This document shows, one piece after another, positions 1-9,649 of a stretch of 63,010 nucleotides of DNA (position 1 is its first letter; the number at the start of each line of letters is the position of its first letter). The notes beneath the pieces were generated by a model that saw only the letters and a list, made by a program, of their open reading frames with translations, had not been told where the DNA came from and did no database searches. The stretch lies in IMG/VR virus record IMGVR_UViG_3300025301_000010, positions 1 to 63,010 of that record, one strand, 5' to 3'. Origin of the DNA: a virus. Its lineage: Duplodnaviria; Caudoviricetes. Both the position numbers and the translations under genes were made by a program.

Positions 1-43
1 GATTATGGTAGAGGACCAAGCGACTCATAAAGGAGGGTACGAT

Positions 44-520
44 ATGAAACGCGTAGGGAGGCGACCAACGCCCACGAACATCAAACTGGTGCAGGGGAAC
101 CCCGGCAAGCGCAAAATCGGCGCAGCCGCGGGCGAGCCTATACCTGCTATCAGGCTGCCACGTCCGCCGGATGGCCTGAGCGCTGCGGCCGTGAAGGAAT
201 GGCGTAGGCTCGGCAAACAGCTCGCAGAGCTCGGCCTGATGTCTCCTTTGGACCGAAATGCTTTCGCGACCTATTGCGAGGCGTGGGCGCAGTGGCTGGA
301 CGCGACCCGAGAGATACAAAACAAGGGGATGCTTATCCGAGCGCCGAGCGGGTATCCTATGGTCAACCCTTTTTTTACGATCGCGCGGCAGTGTGTCAAG
401 CAGATGGACAGCCTTCTCGCCGAGTTTGGGCTAACGCCGGGCGCCCGGACGCGCCTAAAGGCGGCGCCGCCGAAGGCTCCGTCGACGGTCGGGCAGTTTG
501 GTGTTGCTCGTGCTTCTTGA
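44..520 (+). CDS. terS: Terminase small subunit, P27 family (module A)
   Basis: GRRPTPT..K...GNPGKR N-terminus, D..AF..YC.AW, NP and EFGLTP.AR motifs; GGAGG RBS before ATG 44; overlaps terL. Confidence 0.93.
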   Translation: MKRVGRRPTPTNIKLVQGNPGKRKIGAAAGEPIPAIRLPRPPDGLSAAAVKEWRRLGKQLAELGLMSPLDRNAFATYCEAWAQWLDATREIQNKGMLIRAPSGYPMVNPFFTIARQCVKQMDSLLAEFGLTPGARTRLKAAPPKAPSTVGQFGVARAS

Positions 521-2222
521 TCCCGTGACCACGTACGCAGACCGCGTGTTAGCCGGGGACGTCGTTGCCGGGCGACCGGTCCGCCAGGCTGCGGCGAGGC
601 ATTTGCGTGACGTTAGCTCAGCCAAGGCTCGCGGTTTAGTCTGGCTCGGCGACGAAGTTGGGCATCTCTTGCAATTCTTTCCGGCGCTCTTGCGTCTCGA
701 CGATGGCGCGCCGTTTGTTCTCCAGCCCGCGCAAGAGTTTATTATCGGCAGCCTGCTCGGCTGGTATAACGCCGACGGCTCGCGCCGGTATCGGACCGCG
801 TACGTCGAAATGGCTAAAGGCGCGGGTAAAAGTCCGCTCGGGGCGGCACTTGGGCTGTATGGCCTGCTGGAGGATAATGAGCCTGCGGCAGAGATTTATA
901 GCGCCGCGGTGACGCGTGACCAGGCGGGCATAGTATTTCGCGACGCGAAAAACATGGTGCAGCAAAGCCCTGAGCTTTCTGGGATCGTCGACCAGAATAT
1001 AAGCAATCTTGCCGTTCTTGAAACGCGGTCTTTCTTTCGGCCGGTGAGCTCGGAGCATAAAAGTCTGGATGGCAAGCGCGTACATATGGCGCTGGTCGAT
1101 GAGATTCACGAGCATCCGTCGCCGCTGGTGGTGGACAAGATGCGCGCCGGAACAAAAGGGCGCACACGCGCCCTGATTTTCGAGATCACTAATAGCGGAT
1201 ACAGTAAGACCTCCGTCTGTTGGGACCATCATCAGTACAGCCTCCAGGTTGTGTCCGACGCCGTGCCTAACGACTCGTGGTTTGCCTATGTGGCCTCGCT
1301 CGATGCCTGCGAGGTCTGCTATGCAGCGGGCTTTATGCAGCCGAACGGCGAGTGTGCAGATTGTGACAATTGGCGTGACGAGGGGGTGTGGCAGAAGGCG
1401 AACCCGCTGCTTGACGTCAGCGTGTCGCGTCGGTATCTGCGCGAACAGGTCGCGGAGGCGGACGGGATACCGGCTAAGGAGAATCTGGTTAAGCGTTTAA
1501 ATTTCTGTCTTTGGACCGAGCAGTCTGTGCGCTGGCTGCCTATGGATAAGTGGGACGCCTGCGCCGGTGAAGTTGAGCCCGCCGCGCTCGCGGGCCGCAG
1601 CTGTTATATCGGAGTGGACCTCAGCTCAACGACTGATTTATCCGCAGTCGTGTTACTCTTCCCGCCTATGGTGGCGGGTGAGCCGTATAGTATCCTCCCG
1701 TATTTTTTTACACCGGCGGACAACGTGGCCCGTCGCCGTGAGCGTGATCGGGTGGACTATCAGACGTGGATTGATAGTGGCGCTATGATCGCGACGCCGG
1801 GCACGGTGGTGGATTACGACCAGATCCGAGGCACGCTGAACGAGTTGGCCGAGACGTACGACGTTATCGAAGTGCCGATTGACCGCTGGAATTCGACGCA
1901 GTTGCAAACACAGCTGCTTGGTGATGGGTTTGAGGTCGTGCAGTTTGGCCAGGGGTTCGCATCCATGAGCGCCCCGACGAAGCGCTTGGAGGAACTCGTT
2001 TTGGGCGCATCATTGGCGCATGCGGGGCACCCTGTGCTGCGCTGGATGGCTTCGAACGTCGCGGTGCAACAGGATGCGGCGGGCAACATTAAGCCAGATC
2101 GTAAGGCGAGCGAAGAGAAGATTGACGGGGTCGTCGCGCTGGTGATGGCGCTGGGGCGCTGTATGGTGCAGCCCCCAAAAACCGACTCGATTTACACGTC
2201 GAGAGGGCTGGTGACGATATGA
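498..2222 (+). CDS. terL: Terminase large subunit, Terminase_1/HK97-like (module A)
   Basis: Walker A MAKGAGKS, Walker B LVDEIHEH, ITNSG coupling motif, nuclease GVDLSSTTDLSA and KIDGVVA; exact start uncertain (498/501/510). Confidence 0.96.
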   Translation: MVLLVLLDPVTTYADRVLAGDVVAGRPVRQAAARHLRDVSSAKARGLVWLGDEVGHLLQFFPALLRLDDGAPFVLQPAQEFIIGSLLGWYNADGSRRYRTAYVEMAKGAGKSPLGAALGLYGLLEDNEPAAEIYSAAVTRDQAGIVFRDAKNMVQQSPELSGIVDQNISNLAVLETRSFFRPVSSEHKSLDGKRVHMALVDEIHEHPSPLVVDKMRAGTKGRTRALIFEITNSGYSKTSVCWDHHQYSLQVVSDAVPNDSWFAYVASLDACEVCYAAGFMQPNGECADCDNWRDEGVWQKANPLLDVSVSRRYLREQVAEADGIPAKENLVKRLNFCLWTEQSVRWLPMDKWDACAGEVEPAALAGRSCYIGVDLSSTTDLSAVVLLFPPMVAGEPYSILPYFFTPADNVARRRERDRVDYQTWIDSGAMIATPGTVVDYDQIRGTLNELAETYDVIEVPIDRWNSTQLQTQLLGDGFEVVQFGQGFASMSAPTKRLEELVLGASLAHAGHPVLRWMASNVAVQQDAAGNIKPDRKASEEKIDGVVALVMALGRCMVQPPKTDSIYTSRGLVTI

Positions 2223-2341
2223 GGGCCAAAAATGCCGTTTATCCTAAACATGGCACTATCAAGGGCGTACGTACGTGTACGCGTCAGATCGTGCCGTCTT
2301 GGGCCTTTTTTGGGCGTCTTTTTTTCTGGCGGCCCGCAAAA

Positions 2342-2734
2342 ATGCTGCTTTTTGTGCTGGTCGCGCTCGGCTGGGGTCTTTCTGTCGCTGCCTCACACGT
2401 GGCGGCACATCCGACGCCGTGTACCGTCCAGGTGGTGCGAGTTATCGATGGGGATACGCTGGTCGTGAACGAAATGGTCTTGCTAGGGCCACACATGGTC
2501 CCGTGGATCGGGCCGGTCTCGGTGAGGTTGCTACGGGTTGACACCCCCGAGCGTGGCCAGCCGGATTTCGAGCGGGCGAAAGCGGTCCTTGTCGCGCTGA
2601 CCAGGCGCCCGATTGGCCTGGAAATCTTTAAACGCGATTCTTTCGGCCGTTGGTTGGCCGAGCTATATACCTGTACCGGTGCGGGCCGTAAAAATATCAA
2701 CGATAGGCTGCGGAAAGAGTGGCCCGCGCGATGA
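2342..2734 (+). CDS. Thermonuclease (SNase-like) with signal peptide
   Basis: VRVIDGDT, VRLLRVDTPE, RDSFGRWLA motifs; hydrophobic N-terminus from ATG 2342; paralogue at 60190-60585. Confidence 0.85.
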   Translation: MLLFVLVALGWGLSVAASHVAAHPTPCTVQVVRVIDGDTLVVNEMVLLGPHMVPWIGPVSVRLLRVDTPERGQPDFERAKAVLVALTRRPIGLEIFKRDSFGRWLAELYTCTGAGRKNINDRLRKEWPAR

Positions 2735-2949
2735 CGCGGGGCGGACGTAGCGCGCGGGTATTGGCGGCAATCACGCGGGCGCTAGAGGGGCAGCGCCCGC
2801 AGCTCGACCGTATGCGCGATGTGAGACAGGTCCGAGTGGTGGTCCGCCTATTACCCGACCAACGTGTGCGCGAGGTGCTTGTGAGCGCGGAGACGACGAC
2901 GGACATGTTGCAAGAGAGGGACGGAAGTGGGTATACTGATGGGGCTTGA
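2731..2949 (+). CDS. Hypothetical protein
   Basis: ATGA overlap with the nuclease stop; no recognised motif. Confidence 0.5.
   Translation: MTRGGRSARVLAAITRALEGQRPQLDRMRDVRQVRVVVRLLPDQRVREVLVSAETTTDMLQERDGSGYTDGA
2908..2937 (+). promoter_or_regulatory. Putative sigma70 promoter
   Basis: TTGCAA-18 bp-TATACT directly upstream of a structured intergenic region. Confidence 0.55.
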
Positions 2950-3132
2950 TACCTCGCCGTGTCAGGGGGTATCGAGTACGCGCGGGCAGCCTTCGCCGTT
3001 TTGGCGAGCGTAGCCCACGCGGTTGACATATAGCGGCGGGCTACGCGCCCGCCGTGGCGTTACCACACGCCAGACGATAAAAACGGCGAGAGTAAGTAGC
3101 CGCAACAGGTAATGACTGTTTGCGGCTTTTTT
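2944..3132 (+). ncRNA. Candidate structured sRNA or leader upstream of the portal gene
   Basis: Stems 2945-2955/2966-2976, 2992-3002/3080-3090, 3008-3016/3038-3046 and 3055-3060/3067-3072; bounded by a promoter and a terminator. Confidence 0.5.
3098..3132 (+). terminator. Intrinsic terminator-like hairpin
   Basis: AGCCGCAACAG...CTGTTTGCGGCT followed by a T run. Confidence 0.65.
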
Positions 3133-3141
3133 GCGTGCAAA

Positions 3142-4422
3142 ATGGGCTGGATACAAAAAATACTAGGAACCGTACGGGCCGGATCTCCGAGTCCGATTGA
3201 TGATTTTTGGTATCGCCCGGCACAGCTGGGGACGGCGGGTCAGACCGTGACGGCTGACACCGCGCTCCAGTCGTCGGCGGTGCTGGCGTGTGTGGTTTTG
3301 CTATCTGAGACGGTCGCAAGTTTGCCGCTGCCGATTTACCGGCGACAGCCGGACGGCGGGAAGGCGCGCGAACCGGGCCATCCGTTAGCCGATATTTTAA
3401 GTCGACGCCCTAATACATATATGAGTGCGTTTGAGCTGCGTCAGCTAATGATGCAACACCTTCTGTTACGGGGCAACGCGTATGCGGTGATCGTTCCTGG
3501 CGCGCGCGGCTCGGTCGACCAGCTGATACCGCTCGCGCCGGACCGGATGACCGTGACAGGTAGCGACGAAGGCTTAGTGTATACGTACCGCGACAGCGCG
3601 GGGACTGACCTCACCTACACGCAAGGTGAAATTTTTCACCTGCGGGGGCCGATGCTGTCTGACGGTGGGATGGTGGGGCTGTCGGTGATCGACTATGCGC
3701 GCGAGACAATTGGCGGGGCGCTAGCGGCCCAGGCGTACGGAAATCGCTTCTATCAAAACGACGCGCGGCCAGGTGTGGTCTTGACGCATCCTGGGCAGCT
3801 CGGCGCCGAGCCGCAGCAACGGCTGAAGGAAGGGTGGCAAAAAGCGCACGGCGGTAACCATCAGCACGGGGTCGCGATCTTGGAAGAGGGGATGGAGGTC
3901 AAGACCCTATCGGTGACGCCGGAACAGGCTCAGTTTTTAGGGTCGCGACAGTATGCCGTCATCGACATCGCGCGTCTTTTTCGCGTCCCGCCCCATCTCA
4001 TCCAGTCGCTCGAAAATGCGACGTTTTCGAATATCGAACACCAAGGTTTAGACTTTCTTACCCACACGCTGCGCCCGTGGCTCGTGCGGTGGGAACAGGC
4101 GATCAACCAACAGTTGATGGTCGCGCCCGATACTTTTTTTGCGGAACATGCGGTTGAAGGGTTATTACGCGGCGACACGAAGGCTCGGTATGACAGCTAT
4201 GCTATCGCGCGCCAGTGGGGTTGGCTTTCTGTTAACGACATTCGGCGATTAGAAAATTTAAATCCAATTGACGGCGGTGACACTTATTTGCAGCCGCTCA
4301 ACATGCAGGACACCGCCACGTCGTCAGCCGCTCCCGTAGGGGATGCGCTGGTCGTGCCGGGACGCGCATTGTCGGCGGAACCGAAGGCCGGGCAAAGGGA
4401 AAATGATGGGACATTACATTGA
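3142..4422 (+). CDS. Portal protein, HK97 family
   Basis: A..SAV.ACV..LSE.VASLPL, L.RGNAY, IFHLRG, IARLFRVPP and NATFSNIE motifs; start moved to ATG 3142 because the ORF-track start lies inside the terminator. Confidence 0.96.
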   Translation: MGWIQKILGTVRAGSPSPIDDFWYRPAQLGTAGQTVTADTALQSSAVLACVVLLSETVASLPLPIYRRQPDGGKAREPGHPLADILSRRPNTYMSAFELRQLMMQHLLLRGNAYAVIVPGARGSVDQLIPLAPDRMTVTGSDEGLVYTYRDSAGTDLTYTQGEIFHLRGPMLSDGGMVGLSVIDYARETIGGALAAQAYGNRFYQNDARPGVVLTHPGQLGAEPQQRLKEGWQKAHGGNHQHGVAILEEGMEVKTLSVTPEQAQFLGSRQYAVIDIARLFRVPPHLIQSLENATFSNIEHQGLDFLTHTLRPWLVRWEQAINQQLMVAPDTFFAEHAVEGLLRGDTKARYDSYAIARQWGWLSVNDIRRLENLNPIDGGDTYLQPLNMQDTATSSAAPVGDALVVPGRALSAEPKAGQRENDGTLH

Positions 4423-5314
4423 CACACTGATTTATAGTCGGCCTTGGGCGATCCTGCCGGATAAGCTCGCGGACATCGATCGTGCGGTCGCACTATGGGC
4501 CGCCGGGGCTGGACCCGAGGTCACTGAGTGGGGGGCGCAAGCCGCACCCGCAGTGACACGCGCAAATCGAGTTGCGGTGATTCCGGTTTTCGGCACGATT
4601 AGTCAGCGGGCTAACCTTGTGACACATGCGAGTGGGGGCGTGAGTACAGACCAACTCCGGTCGCAGTATCGCGACGCGCTTGCCTCTCGTGATATCGGGA
4701 CAATCGTGCTTGACGTCGATAGTCCAGGCGGGGCGGTGCAGGGCGTGCCTGAGCTTGCGCAAGAGATTTACCGCGCGCGAGGTCAGAAGCGCACAATTGC
4801 TGTAGCCAATTCACTGATGGCTTCCGCTGCCTATTGGCTCGGGTCTGCCGCTGATGAAATCGTTATGACTCCCTCTGGTGAAGTGGGTTCAATCGGCGTT
4901 GTCGCTGTCCACCGCGAACAGAGCCAGGCGGAGACGGCGTCGGGCCTTACGACGACTATTATCAAGGCGGGTAAATACAAAGCCGAAGCAAACGCTAGCG
5001 AGCCGTTGGCGCCGTCGGCTCGCGCTCACTTACAAAGTATGGTCGACACGTTTTATCAACTCTTTGTTCACGCTGTCGCAAAACACCGGGGCGTCTCAGT
5101 CGCTGACGTGCGTGGCGGATTTGGGGAGGGGCGTACGGTCGTCGCTGGTGAGGCGCTGGGCCTTGGCATGGTGGACCGTGTTGACACGCTCCCTGAAGTT
5201 CTGGAAAAACTCGGCGCTGCGGTGCCGACTCGCAGTTTGTCGAAAAAATCTGTCCGGACGCGGGTGCGGCTCGCGCGGGCACGTAGAGAGAATGGAGGTA
5301 GGCAAGATGGATAA
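4403..5314 (+). CDS. Prohead protease, S49 (SppA/ClpP-like)
   Basis: LDVDSPGG, MASAAYWLGS, GSIGV and AGKYKAE motifs; lies between portal and capsid. Confidence 0.93.
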   Translation: MMGHYIDTLIYSRPWAILPDKLADIDRAVALWAAGAGPEVTEWGAQAAPAVTRANRVAVIPVFGTISQRANLVTHASGGVSTDQLRSQYRDALASRDIGTIVLDVDSPGGAVQGVPELAQEIYRARGQKRTIAVANSLMASAAYWLGSAADEIVMTPSGEVGSIGVVAVHREQSQAETASGLTTTIIKAGKYKAEANASEPLAPSARAHLQSMVDTFYQLFVHAVAKHRGVSVADVRGGFGEGRTVVAGEALGLGMVDRVDTLPEVLEKLGAAVPTRSLSKKSVRTRVRLARARRENGGRQDG

Positions 5315-6620
5315 GTTGAAAGAGTTACAAGAGCGGTCGGCGGACCTACATCGGAGCGTGCAGGTCGCATGGGCCGCCGTAGAGGCAGCCGACGGGGACG
5401 AGACCAGCGAGGATGAGATGGAAACGTTATTGTCTGCCTACGATGAGGCAAAGGTCGAGCTTGACCAAGGTCAAGCCACGCTGAAGACGGCGGAAGACCG
5501 GCAGGCGCAAATGAAAGCCCGACTTTCAGCGGCCCGCGAGAGTCAGCCGTTAATGGTGCCACGCCGGTCGGCACGCATCGACGTGACCCAGCCGGTGGAG
5601 GATCGGCCGTTTGACAGTTTCGGTCAGCAGCTCCAGGCGGTCTATCAGGCTGGGCTGAGCGGCGGGCTGGTTGACGACCGCCTGGTGTCACTCCAGGCAG
5701 CCTCCGGCATGTCACAAGGGGTGGGATCAGATGGCGGCTATGCTGTGCAGACTGATTTCCTCTCGGACGTTTACACACAGGCATACAACACAGGCGACAT
5801 TTTATCGCGAGTCCGGCGTCTGCCGCTGTCGGCAAATAGCAACAGCATGAAGATTCCCGCCGTTGACCAAAGTAGTCGCGTGACGGGTAGCCGGTGGGGC
5901 GGGGTGCAAGGTTATTGGGTGGCCGAGGGCGGCTCGGTGACGGCAAGCAAGCCTAAGATGCGGCGTATCGATTTAGAGCTCCACAAGGTCGCCGCGTTGG
6001 GCTACATGACGGATGAACTTTTAGCCGACGCGAGCGCGCTTGAGAGTATTATGTCACAAGCCTTTGCCGAGGAATTGGTGTGGCAAATTGAGGAAGCGAT
6101 CGTCAATGGCGACGGAGCCGGGAAGCCGTACGGCATTATGAGCTCGGCGGCGCTGGTCAGTGTGACGCGGAAGTCGTCCGGCAACGATATCGAAACTGAA
6201 GATATCGTCGGCATGTGGGCACGCCTCCACGGGGGCAGCCGACAGAACGCAGTCTGGCTTGTCAATCAGGACGCCGAGCCTGACCTATACGTAATCACGC
6301 TCGGCAACCAGCCGATGTGGCTGCCCGCTGGCGGCATCAATGAGGCGCCGCGGGCGCGTTTAATGGGCCGCGACGTTATCGAAAACGAGCACTGTGCCAC
6401 GAAAGGGACAACCGGTGATATTATCTTGGTGGACTTGTCGCAGTATATTGTGATCGATAAGGCTGGGCCGAGTTTAGCAACGTCCGCGCACGTGAAATTC
6501 TCCGAGGACGAAATGGCTTTCCGCTTGACGACGCGAGTCGATGGGCAGCCGATGTGGAACAAGGCGGTGACGCCTGCCAAAGGATCGAACACCCAATCGC
6601 CCTATGTGGTGCTAGCATAG
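5307..6620 (+). CDS. Major capsid protein, HK97 fold with coiled-coil delta domain
   Basis: GGAGGT RBS before ATG 5307; DGGYAV, WVAEG, TDELLADA, NGDGAGKPYGI and F..DE.AFR...RVDGQP motifs. Confidence 0.95.
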   Translation: MDKLKELQERSADLHRSVQVAWAAVEAADGDETSEDEMETLLSAYDEAKVELDQGQATLKTAEDRQAQMKARLSAARESQPLMVPRRSARIDVTQPVEDRPFDSFGQQLQAVYQAGLSGGLVDDRLVSLQAASGMSQGVGSDGGYAVQTDFLSDVYTQAYNTGDILSRVRRLPLSANSNSMKIPAVDQSSRVTGSRWGGVQGYWVAEGGSVTASKPKMRRIDLELHKVAALGYMTDELLADASALESIMSQAFAEELVWQIEEAIVNGDGAGKPYGIMSSAALVSVTRKSSGNDIETEDIVGMWARLHGGSRQNAVWLVNQDAEPDLYVITLGNQPMWLPAGGINEAPRARLMGRDVIENEHCATKGTTGDIILVDLSQYIVIDKAGPSLATSAHVKFSEDEMAFRLTTRVDGQPMWNKAVTPAKGSNTQSPYVVLA

Positions 6621-6639
6621 CCGGAGGAGGATAAGGAAT

Positions 6640-7146
6640 ATGGGTACTTTTGACAATTTCGAACTAGGCAGCATCGATGCCGCGATCATCCCGATCGACA
6701 TGCAGGCCGGTGCAAATAATGGCGACTGGGTCGCGTTGACAGACTACCGGTCCTGCGTGGTCGTGCTATATAAGGCGGCTGGCACGGCTGGGGACGACCC
6801 TGTCTATAAATTGCAGCAGGCTACCGCAAATGATGGCAGCGGTGCCAAGGATTTGACTTTCACGACTATTCACGAAAAAGTCGGCACCCTAACCGGGGTG
6901 GCTGCTTGGACTAAAACCTCCCAAACCGCCGCGACCTCTTATACGAACGCAGCGAGCGCGGAATCGCAGGCTATCATGTGCGTACGCGTCAACGATCACG
7001 ACCTCGATGTCAATAACGACTTTACTCACATCCAGTTATCCGTGGCGGACGTTGGAAGTAACGCCCAAATCGGGTGCGGGCTGTACCTGATGGGTAATCC
7101 GCGGCACCGGGTCGCGCTTGCAGATGCGGCCAACGCGAAGGCGTAG
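6640..7146 (+). CDS. Putative capsid decoration or cement protein
   Basis: Beta-rich 168 aa protein immediately after the capsid gene; strong GGAGG RBS. Confidence 0.55.
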   Translation: MGTFDNFELGSIDAAIIPIDMQAGANNGDWVALTDYRSCVVVLYKAAGTAGDDPVYKLQQATANDGSGAKDLTFTTIHEKVGTLTGVAAWTKTSQTAATSYTNAASAESQAIMCVRVNDHDLDVNNDFTHIQLSVADVGSNAQIGCGLYLMGNPRHRVALADAANAKA

Positions 7147-7149
7147 TGG

Positions 7150-7719
7150 ATGTTGACGCTTGTGACCCCACCGACGGTCGAGCCGGTGAGCGTGCAAGAG
7201 TGCAAGGATTGGCTCCGCGTCGACCACTCTGCGGACGACGCGCTTATCCTTGCACTCGCTACCGCAGCACGTCATTATTGCGAGGACCGACAGAACCGGG
7301 CCTACTGTTCGCAAACGTGGAAGGCGTCGCTCGACGCGTACCCTGCCGCGTTTTCGTTGTGGCGTAGCCCCGTGGTGTCGGTTACTAGCGTGCAGTACGT
7401 GGACACCGACGGCGCGACTCAGACGCTGTCGTCGTCAGAATATACGCTGGACGCACTGAGCGAGCCGGGGCGTGTAGTGCCTGCGTATAATGCGAGCTGG
7501 CCGTCCATTCGCGCCGTGCCGAATGCGGTGACGCTGACGTTTGTGTGTGGATATGGCGCGGCGGCTGATGTGCCTGAGATTTTTAAATCCGCGATAAAAA
7601 TGTATGTCGCGGATGCCTACGAAAATCGAGAAAGTATTGTTGTTGGCCCCTCTGTAAATCGGTCGCCGATTACGGTTGACATGATGTTGCAGCCGGACCG
7701 GCTCATGGTGGTCTCGTAA
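7150..7719 (+). CDS. Head-tail connector (gp6 / phiE125 gp8-like)
   Basis: EPVSVQECKDWLRVDH..DDALI, V..F.CGYG and HY/AYENRE motifs. Confidence 0.9.
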   Translation: MLTLVTPPTVEPVSVQECKDWLRVDHSADDALILALATAARHYCEDRQNRAYCSQTWKASLDAYPAAFSLWRSPVVSVTSVQYVDTDGATQTLSSSEYTLDALSEPGRVVPAYNASWPSIRAVPNAVTLTFVCGYGAAADVPEIFKSAIKMYVADAYENRESIVVGPSVNRSPITVDMMLQPDRLMVVS

Positions 7720-8033
7720 TGCAAGCGGGCAAACTGAATCGCCGTGTCACGGTGCAGCGCGTGTCAGAAACGCAAAACACTTTTGGTGAGGTGACCGAGA
7801 CATGGACACACCTGGTTTCGACGTGGGCACAATGGCTGCCCCTGAAGGGGACCGAGAAGTTTACGGCGCGCCAGTTTGCGCCGGAACTGTCCGGTGAATT
7901 TAGGATGCGATATCGCGAGCTGACGCCTAAGGATCGTATAGTCATGGACGGCCGCATCTTTGACGTAGAGGGCGTGATCGATGTCGATGACCGGCGCCGC
8001 GAATTACGGTGCACAGTCGAGGAGCTTGTCTAA
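7719..8033 (+). CDS. Head closure (head-tail joining) protein
   Basis: AGKLNRRVTVQ and WA...PL.G.E motifs; position after the connector. Confidence 0.9.
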   Translation: MQAGKLNRRVTVQRVSETQNTFGEVTETWTHLVSTWAQWLPLKGTEKFTARQFAPELSGEFRMRYRELTPKDRIVMDGRIFDVEGVIDVDDRRRELRCTVEELV

Positions 8034-8569
8034 TGGCTCTCGCCTCGTCCATGACTGTTGACGCTAAAGCGTTGCACGACCAATTTGCTGCCATTAAAAA
8101 AGGCATGTCAACGGCAACGCTGCGGCGGGCTGTGCGTGCCGGTGGAAAGGTCGTGCAGAAAAAAGCCGCACAGAATGCCCCGGTGGCGAACGCACGCGCC
8201 CGGAAGCGCGTGACCTTCAAGGATGGATCCAAGAAAAAACGACTGTCCAAAAGTATCCGCGTTGTGAACCAAAAAGGCGCACGTGGTGCGACCGGTACGG
8301 TCAAAGTCGACATCGGCTGGCTGCGGTCCGCGTTCCACGGCAACATGATCCACGCGGGCGCGAAATCAGCGACGTACGGCCCGTCGAAGCTGGCGTTTAA
8401 AATGCCGAAAGGCGGGAAGTATCCGTTTGTGCGCGGCAGGATTACAGTCCCGCGCCGCCCGCCTGACAAGTTTTTACAGCGGGCATTTAACAGCGAAAAA
8501 AGCCGAGCAAACCAAGAAATCCGGCGTGTATTAGACCAGGCGCAACAGCGGGCGGTGGCGTCCTCGTGA
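8033..8569 (+). CDS. HK97 gp10-like neck protein
   Basis: LRRAVRAG..V...A..NAPV and C-terminal FLQRAF; basic; syntenic. Confidence 0.8.
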   Translation: MALASSMTVDAKALHDQFAAIKKGMSTATLRRAVRAGGKVVQKKAAQNAPVANARARKRVTFKDGSKKKRLSKSIRVVNQKGARGATGTVKVDIGWLRSAFHGNMIHAGAKSATYGPSKLAFKMPKGGKYPFVRGRITVPRRPPDKFLQRAFNSEKSRANQEIRRVLDQAQQRAVASS

Positions 8570-8988
8570 GCTTTGTCGAGGAAGGATTGTACGGTTTTTT
8601 GCGCGCTCAGCCGGGACTCGCTGGCTTAGTGGGAGACCGTATTTATCCGCTTGTAATTCGACAGTCCGTCGGCGATAAGGCGAGCGTTATGCCCGCGGTG
8701 ACATACCGGCGGACCGGGACGACATACGAAGACCCGACGCTGACCGGCATTTCGAACCTCTACACGGCGGATATCGACATCGAGTGCTGGTCGGATAGTT
8801 ACGCCGAGGCGAAGCAGGTCGCGGAGGAAATCGAGGTTTCTCTTAATGGGAAAACAGACGCTATTCTGGGGCCGTTTGTTGTCGGCCAAGCGCTCCAGCG
8901 CAACTTAGCCGACCAATACGAAGTCGACTTAGATTTGTTTTTTATTGTCGGCAGCTGGACGTTTTCGGCGTGCCGACAGCAGGAATAG
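8566..8988 (+). CDS. Tail terminator, DUF3168-like
   Basis: LVGDRIYP, PAVTY and IECWS.SY.EAK motifs. Confidence 0.85.
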   Translation: MSFVEEGLYGFLRAQPGLAGLVGDRIYPLVIRQSVGDKASVMPAVTYRRTGTTYEDPTLTGISNLYTADIDIECWSDSYAEAKQVAEEIEVSLNGKTDAILGPFVVGQALQRNLADQYEVDLDLFFIVGSWTFSACRQQE

Positions 8989-8997
8989 GAGGCTACT

Positions 8998-9504
8998 ATG
9001 GCATTGACGGGCGAAGTGATTTTTAAGGTGAACGGCACATATACAAGCTCGAAGGATTTGTCGACCGTGACAGATCCGTTTGCGCTCAGCAACAACATCG
9101 CGATTTCCAGTGGGACTGGGGCCAATCAGGCGGACTTACTCTTTCATGACCAACGCACGATCGCTGCGTCGTCGAACGAGGACCTTGACCTCGCGGGCGG
9201 TCTGACCGACAGTTTCGGCGCCACGCTGACGTTTGTGAAGATCAAAACGATTTATGTTTCTGCGGCCAGCGCGAACACTAACAGCGTGGTCGTGGGAGGC
9301 GCGGCGAGCAATCAGTTTATCAACTGGGTGGGCGATGCGACCGACAAGATCAATATTTTGCCGGGCGGGGCCTTCATGATTTGCGCACCCAGCGCGGCCG
9401 GATATGCCGTTACGGCGGGTTCGGGTGACTTGCTACGTGTTGCAAATAGTAGCTCGGGGACGACGGTCACCTATAACATAGTGGTCGAGGGCACGTCCGC
9501 ATAA
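8998..9504 (+). CDS. Conserved beta-rich putative virion protein
   Basis: GTGANQAD, LDLAG.LTD.FG..LTF..IK motif; strong RBS; sits between terminator and tube. Confidence 0.6.
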   Translation: MALTGEVIFKVNGTYTSSKDLSTVTDPFALSNNIAISSGTGANQADLLFHDQRTIAASSNEDLDLAGGLTDSFGATLTFVKIKTIYVSAASANTNSVVVGGAASNQFINWVGDATDKINILPGGAFMICAPSAAGYAVTAGSGDLLRVANSSSGTTVTYNIVVEGTSA

Positions 9505-9649
9505 ACTTGCGCTTGCTTGGCGGCTAGGGTCGCGCCCGAAACGCCCCACGACCGAGCCGGGGGGCTTGCCGCCAATATGTTCACGCTCGTAACTCGCTCG
9601 GGAACAACTGTATTTGATGTCACTTCAAGTGACGTCAGGAGGTCACAAA

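Noticed and set aside
3023-3052. TTGACA as a -35 box
   Set aside because: No -10 element at the right spacing; it lies in a hairpin loop region.
4878-5306. 143-aa N-terminal extension of capsid A in the ORF track
   Set aside because: It overlaps the S49 gene out of frame; the RBS supports a start at 5307.
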